NCBI GenBank assembly: GCA_965218785.1 | Contig: OZ244650.1 | Coordinates: 896,001 to 960,000 of the forward strand | Length of the DNA stretch: 64,000 nt | Source of the DNA: Nitrosopumilus sp. | Lineage (GTDB): Archaea; Thermoproteota; Nitrososphaeria; Nitrososphaerales; Nitrosopumilaceae | Direction: 5' to 3' | Part shown: one piece after another, positions 63,001-64,000 of the stretch | Layout: the number at the start of each line of letters is the position of its first letter | Position numbering within the stretch: the stretch's first letter is position 1 | Program-made: the position numbers and the translations under genes | The notes under the pieces: model-generated | Databases searched by the model: none | Told to the model about the DNA's origin: nothing | Seen by the model: the letters and a program-made list of their open reading frames with translations, nothing else

Positions 63001-64000
63001 CATCTACGAAAGGATTCAGGTATATGATCTGAACGGCAAATTTGCCTACGAGTTAGGCAACGGCAATCTTAAATTACCACACGGAATCACGACAAACTCC
63101 ACGCACATACTGGTTGCAGACTCTGGCAACCACAGAGTACATGTATTTGATCTGAACGGCAATTATCGCAGCCAGTTTGGAAGTTCCGGTTCAGGTGACG
63201 GCCAATTTGTTATTCCACAAGGAATCACAACAACCTCCACGCACATACTGGTTGCAGACAGCAGCAACCACAGGATACAGATATTTGATCTGGATGGCAA
63301 CTACGTCAGTAAGTTTGGCGAATTCGGCTCAGTCGGCGGCAATTTTAATTTTCCCCAGGGAATCACAACAAACTCCACGCACATACTGGTTACAGATCGC
63401 GAAAACCACAGGGTACAGGTATTTGATCTGGGTGGCAACTACGTCAGCGAGTTTGGCAGTTTAGGCTTGGATCTGGGTCAGTTTAACCGTCCAGATGGAA
63501 TTACAATCAACAAGGGATACATACTGGTTGCAGACAATAATAACAACAGGATACAGGCATTTGACACTGATGGTGGTTTTCTCAGCACACTTGTCCTCTC
63601 TGATCCGGAGATCGGCGCGTTTAACAGTCCTAGTGGAATCACGACAAACTCCACGCACATACTGGTTGCTGATGCTGGAAACCTCAGGGTACAGACATTT
63701 GATCTTTTACCATACGTAGAACTGTCTGCCAATACCCCCCACGGCGGCACACAAAATATTAAAACCGTATCATATGTGGTGACATTCGACGAACCCGTGA
63801 CAGACTTTGAGATATCAGACATACTGGTATATGGAACGGCATCAGGGGGCGCACCTACAGCATCAAACTTTGCAGGAACCGGTACCACATACACCTTTGA
63901 TGTTGTGACCATCTTGGATGGAACAGTCATAGTATCAATTCCAGAGTCCGCGGTGATGGATACAGCTGGTAATGTCAATGCAGCATCTGACACATACGAC
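54077..64000 (+). CDS. Second giant modular surface protein (>3300 aa, runs off the window; absent from the ORF track)
   Basis: TTG start and signal peptide LRFTFTAIYLAVILISVGLPVSSDAHA/Q. It has the same propeller, Ig-like and NHL modules as gene 1. Start and window end are in the same frame, and the track lists no terminated ORF in that frame. Confidence 0.9.
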   Translation, partial: MRFTFTAIYLAVILISVGLPVSSDAHAQTTYDISNGESVALPNTGYKNSLIHLTGNYYVSSHTVGISSGGNLNYDYELRLYRIIDDDITMIHSRALSSFGQATPGVSQNFHPLSISLTRIDDDTVAVALPSGGFTDDDGIRTGAGSYIVTVDIDTTAENPQISMVNKFVNYGMAPSYTLNPSLVALDENRLVLAHSHPHNSPSGSLNVFRIDSGTGDLARDGPVTPFDPPQQGRYSSMIKLDDDTVVVAYRSSGADGVIRTFDIGEGADSPVTQNAELRHESGRISFNSLVRVDADTVALAYSEIGDSNRADDGSGHLKLFDISATDGSIKQRGSTLTYYDGAAPAPLDPDIHHNSLVLFDADTLALAYRGESGYGFIRTYDITATDLISNGEPFEHDQANGAFNALLKVDDDTLALVYSEDYPASIVGSTSTANTIKILDVVNPNAGRPAVTISADTPNGSTYGTSTISYTATFTEIVTGFTMDNIVISGTASVGSPPVSNFAVSDASYTFDVLTTSDGTLTVFIPEGVATDNTNNTNTASNEYTVTVADTIPGVSRVSATGDSTYDTGDVISIIVTFDELVRVTGNPQLLLDIGTNGATAVYSSGSPGTYMTFLYTVLAGDNSADLNYVNVNSLSLSGGTIRSADDGATANLRLPATTLDNSLGGSDVIVDTIPAVVITSSDIDNGGTTHFNTISYVVTFTETVTGFNNASDITLSGNATATVSDPDGTGGTYTFDVTATDDGTVIVSIPAGKAIDTAGNGNDASNTHTVTVDTQSLEILSAVWRDPDESDTFLSDGDELIITFNRNTDMAGSKTLSRSELDAVFVFGGSLGTDYTGVWFDARTLVITVIDSTGGDAVIGDTVSAFRGTTYIRSLDTTGGAAFSNPNSVGTNSTGHVFVGDTFIPLPTEDDDINSRVQIFHPDGSYAGVPNTTGGAAFSRPEGIATNSTGYTFIADNGSNLVQIFDPSGVYAGVLDIADGLMFREPAGVAIGKDDMIYVSDVEQSTRNIDDRRIVQIFDQDGTYAGVLTTTVTTEFDVPISVATNSLGHVFVADRGNDNIRIFDSKGEVNTSNIDTTGPTGLSTLRAVATNSTDHLFVVYNNNNNNGVDTVQIYTASGVYEGDLSLGDDVSLGTISGIAVGSDDKIIISERSNSDVHIFGHQVLYSDAGLRQFESEANTSGNFGTLSTAVSISSDVDNGATIAVTPVRFNVEFSDPVTGFDVSDILLSGTADATVTVLSGSGTTYIFDVVTSTDGTVIVSIPAGAALDAANSGNAASNAYIFTVMDIVPVVTGVSAKDGVSAKDGVYNVGDTIDITIIFNVPVTVTGFPQLFLDTGTNDAAAAYSHGSPGTDMIFRYTVLAGDNSADLNYVNVRSLSLNGGTILAEDGGAAASLALPETTLDNSLGGSDVMLITPPTVVITASTTDGGTQDINTISYTATFNEEVTGFDMSDITISGSASGGSPVISNLAGTGNVYTFEVAVTSDGTVTVFIPQSVAIDAAGNQNRASNEHTITVDTLPSVVITTTAASDGGVTTSNTISYVATFSEVVIGFDMSDITISESASGDPLVASNFAEIIPGVSYTFEVSTDLDGTVTVFIPQSVAIDAAGNQNTESDRYTVTVDATAPSVTGVSATGGFYNEGDVISITVTFDESVRVTENPQLLLDIGINGATAAYSPGLPGTDMTFLYTVLAGDNSADLNYVDVHSLSLNGGTITSADGTTASLALPATTLDDSLGGSDVIVDSIAPTIAITANTINGGTQNIRTISYTATFNEVVTGFEMTDMEISGTASGGSPVISNFVKTDNVYTFEVAVTSDGTVTVSLPENMVADTADNSNTGSNEYTVTVADTPSSVTEVSVKGDGPYREGDVVSITVTFDESVTVTGFPQLLLDIGINGAIAVYSHGSPGTDMIFRYTVLAGDNSDDLNYADANSLSLSGGTILAEDDDAASRLRLPATTLDNSLGGSDVIVDTIPAVVITSSDIDDGGTTNSNTISYVVTFTETVTDFDEASDITLLGDATATVSVPDGTGDTYTFDVTATDDGTVLVSIPAGKATDTAGNGNTASDVYAVTVDADVPVATFIGSIGSSGPGNNQFNIPRGVAITATNILVTEAGNSRVQIFDLNGNYLSEFGSGGDRDGDFRLTNGITTTSQHILVTDSFNHRIQRFDFDGQFVDSIGSSGSGNNQFDFPAGITTNSTHILVADRENHRIQVIDFDRLFVGTIGSSGTDPGRFANPNGITTNSTHILVTEAGNNRVQIFDLKGNYVHTFGSPGTGPGQFSNPDGIATTSTYILVADSDNHRIQVFDLDGNFVRTFGSFGSGPGQFNFPQGIATNSTHILVADSNNHMIQVFDLSPTVTISASTPNGGIHDAPTVSYTATFSENVTGFEISDITVSGSASRGSPVVSNFAGSGDTYTFDVATNPVGTVTVSILASVATDALGSPNRASDAYTVTTIPLPVGIFVDEYGSFDNDDDGFRSPFGITTNSTHILVADRDNNRIQILDLSGNFLNTIGSGGSNPGDFDFPQGIAVTSTNILVADSDRHRIQIFDLDGNHVGRFGSSGTDDGEFTLPIGITTTPTTILVTDSSSRIQIFDPEGNYLSKFGSVGTDFNKLFSPSGIAANSTHILVADRGNNRIQIFDPAGNFVSTIGGLGSDFGEFDRPEGIDINDNFIFVADSNNNRIQVFDTDGNFVYQFTSSSSSSGMGDGEFNRPSGVTTNSTHMIVADTGNHRIQVFDLFPLVTLSANVINGGIIPSATISYTATFSEDVTGFDISDIMVSGSASLGSPAVSNFAGIGNTYTFDVVSDSDGTIRVLIPAGAATDATGSNSQTSVPYTVTVVLPSIIITAPTDDGNTQKSDSISYTVTFALPVTGFEASEILVSGTASGGSPVVSNFAGSGNTYTFDVVTTGDGTVTVSISAGVAMDAAGNLTMASNEYTVIVDTAIPIGVFVQTIGEFRSPAGIATTPTHILVADIIYERIQVYDLNGKFAYELGNGNLKLPHGITTNSTHILVADSGNHRVHVFDLNGNYRSQFGSSGSGDGQFVIPQGITTTSTHILVADSSNHRIQIFDLDGNYVSKFGEFGSVGGNFNFPQGITTNSTHILVTDRENHRVQVFDLGGNYVSEFGSLGLDLGQFNRPDGITINKGYILVADNNNNRIQAFDTDGGFLSTLVLSDPEIGAFNSPSGITTNSTHILVADAGNLRVQTFDLLPYVELSANTPHGGTQNIKTVSYVVTFDEPVTDFEISDILVYGTASGGAPTASNFAGTGTTYTFDVVTILDGTVIVSIPESAVMDTAGNVNAASDTYD

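Noticed and set aside
30882-63993. Numerous antisense and alternate-frame ORFs over the giant genes
   Set aside because: They are shadows caused by codon bias and repeats, with no independent protein motifs.

Overview
Archaeal DNA, most consistent with a Nitrosopumilaceae (Thaumarchaeota) genome and probably a host-associated, sponge-symbiont-like one; this is inferred from gene content, not from a marker search. Housekeeping genes include pyrG, a trpE-G-D-C-B-A operon, an SPFH/prohibitin gene and a DinG/XPD helicase. Between pyrG and trpA (~1.9-7.2 kb) lies an AT-rich island of mostly broken toxin-antitoxin modules. It contains a transposase-free 1.6-kb element with 33-bp terminal inverted repeats (TIRs) and a perfect 8-bp target-site duplication (TSD), inserted at the start of hicB. 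A related ~47-bp palindromic repeat is dispersed through the window, and on two occasions direct copies of it bracket a degenerate tRNA-like gene (~4.9-5.15 kb and ~27.85-28.3 kb). The right half holds two paralogous giant modular surface-protein genes (6490 aa, and >3300 aa running off the window) with a duplicated leader. Between them are a truncated serpin-Ig fusion and an internally inverted relic of a third paralog.
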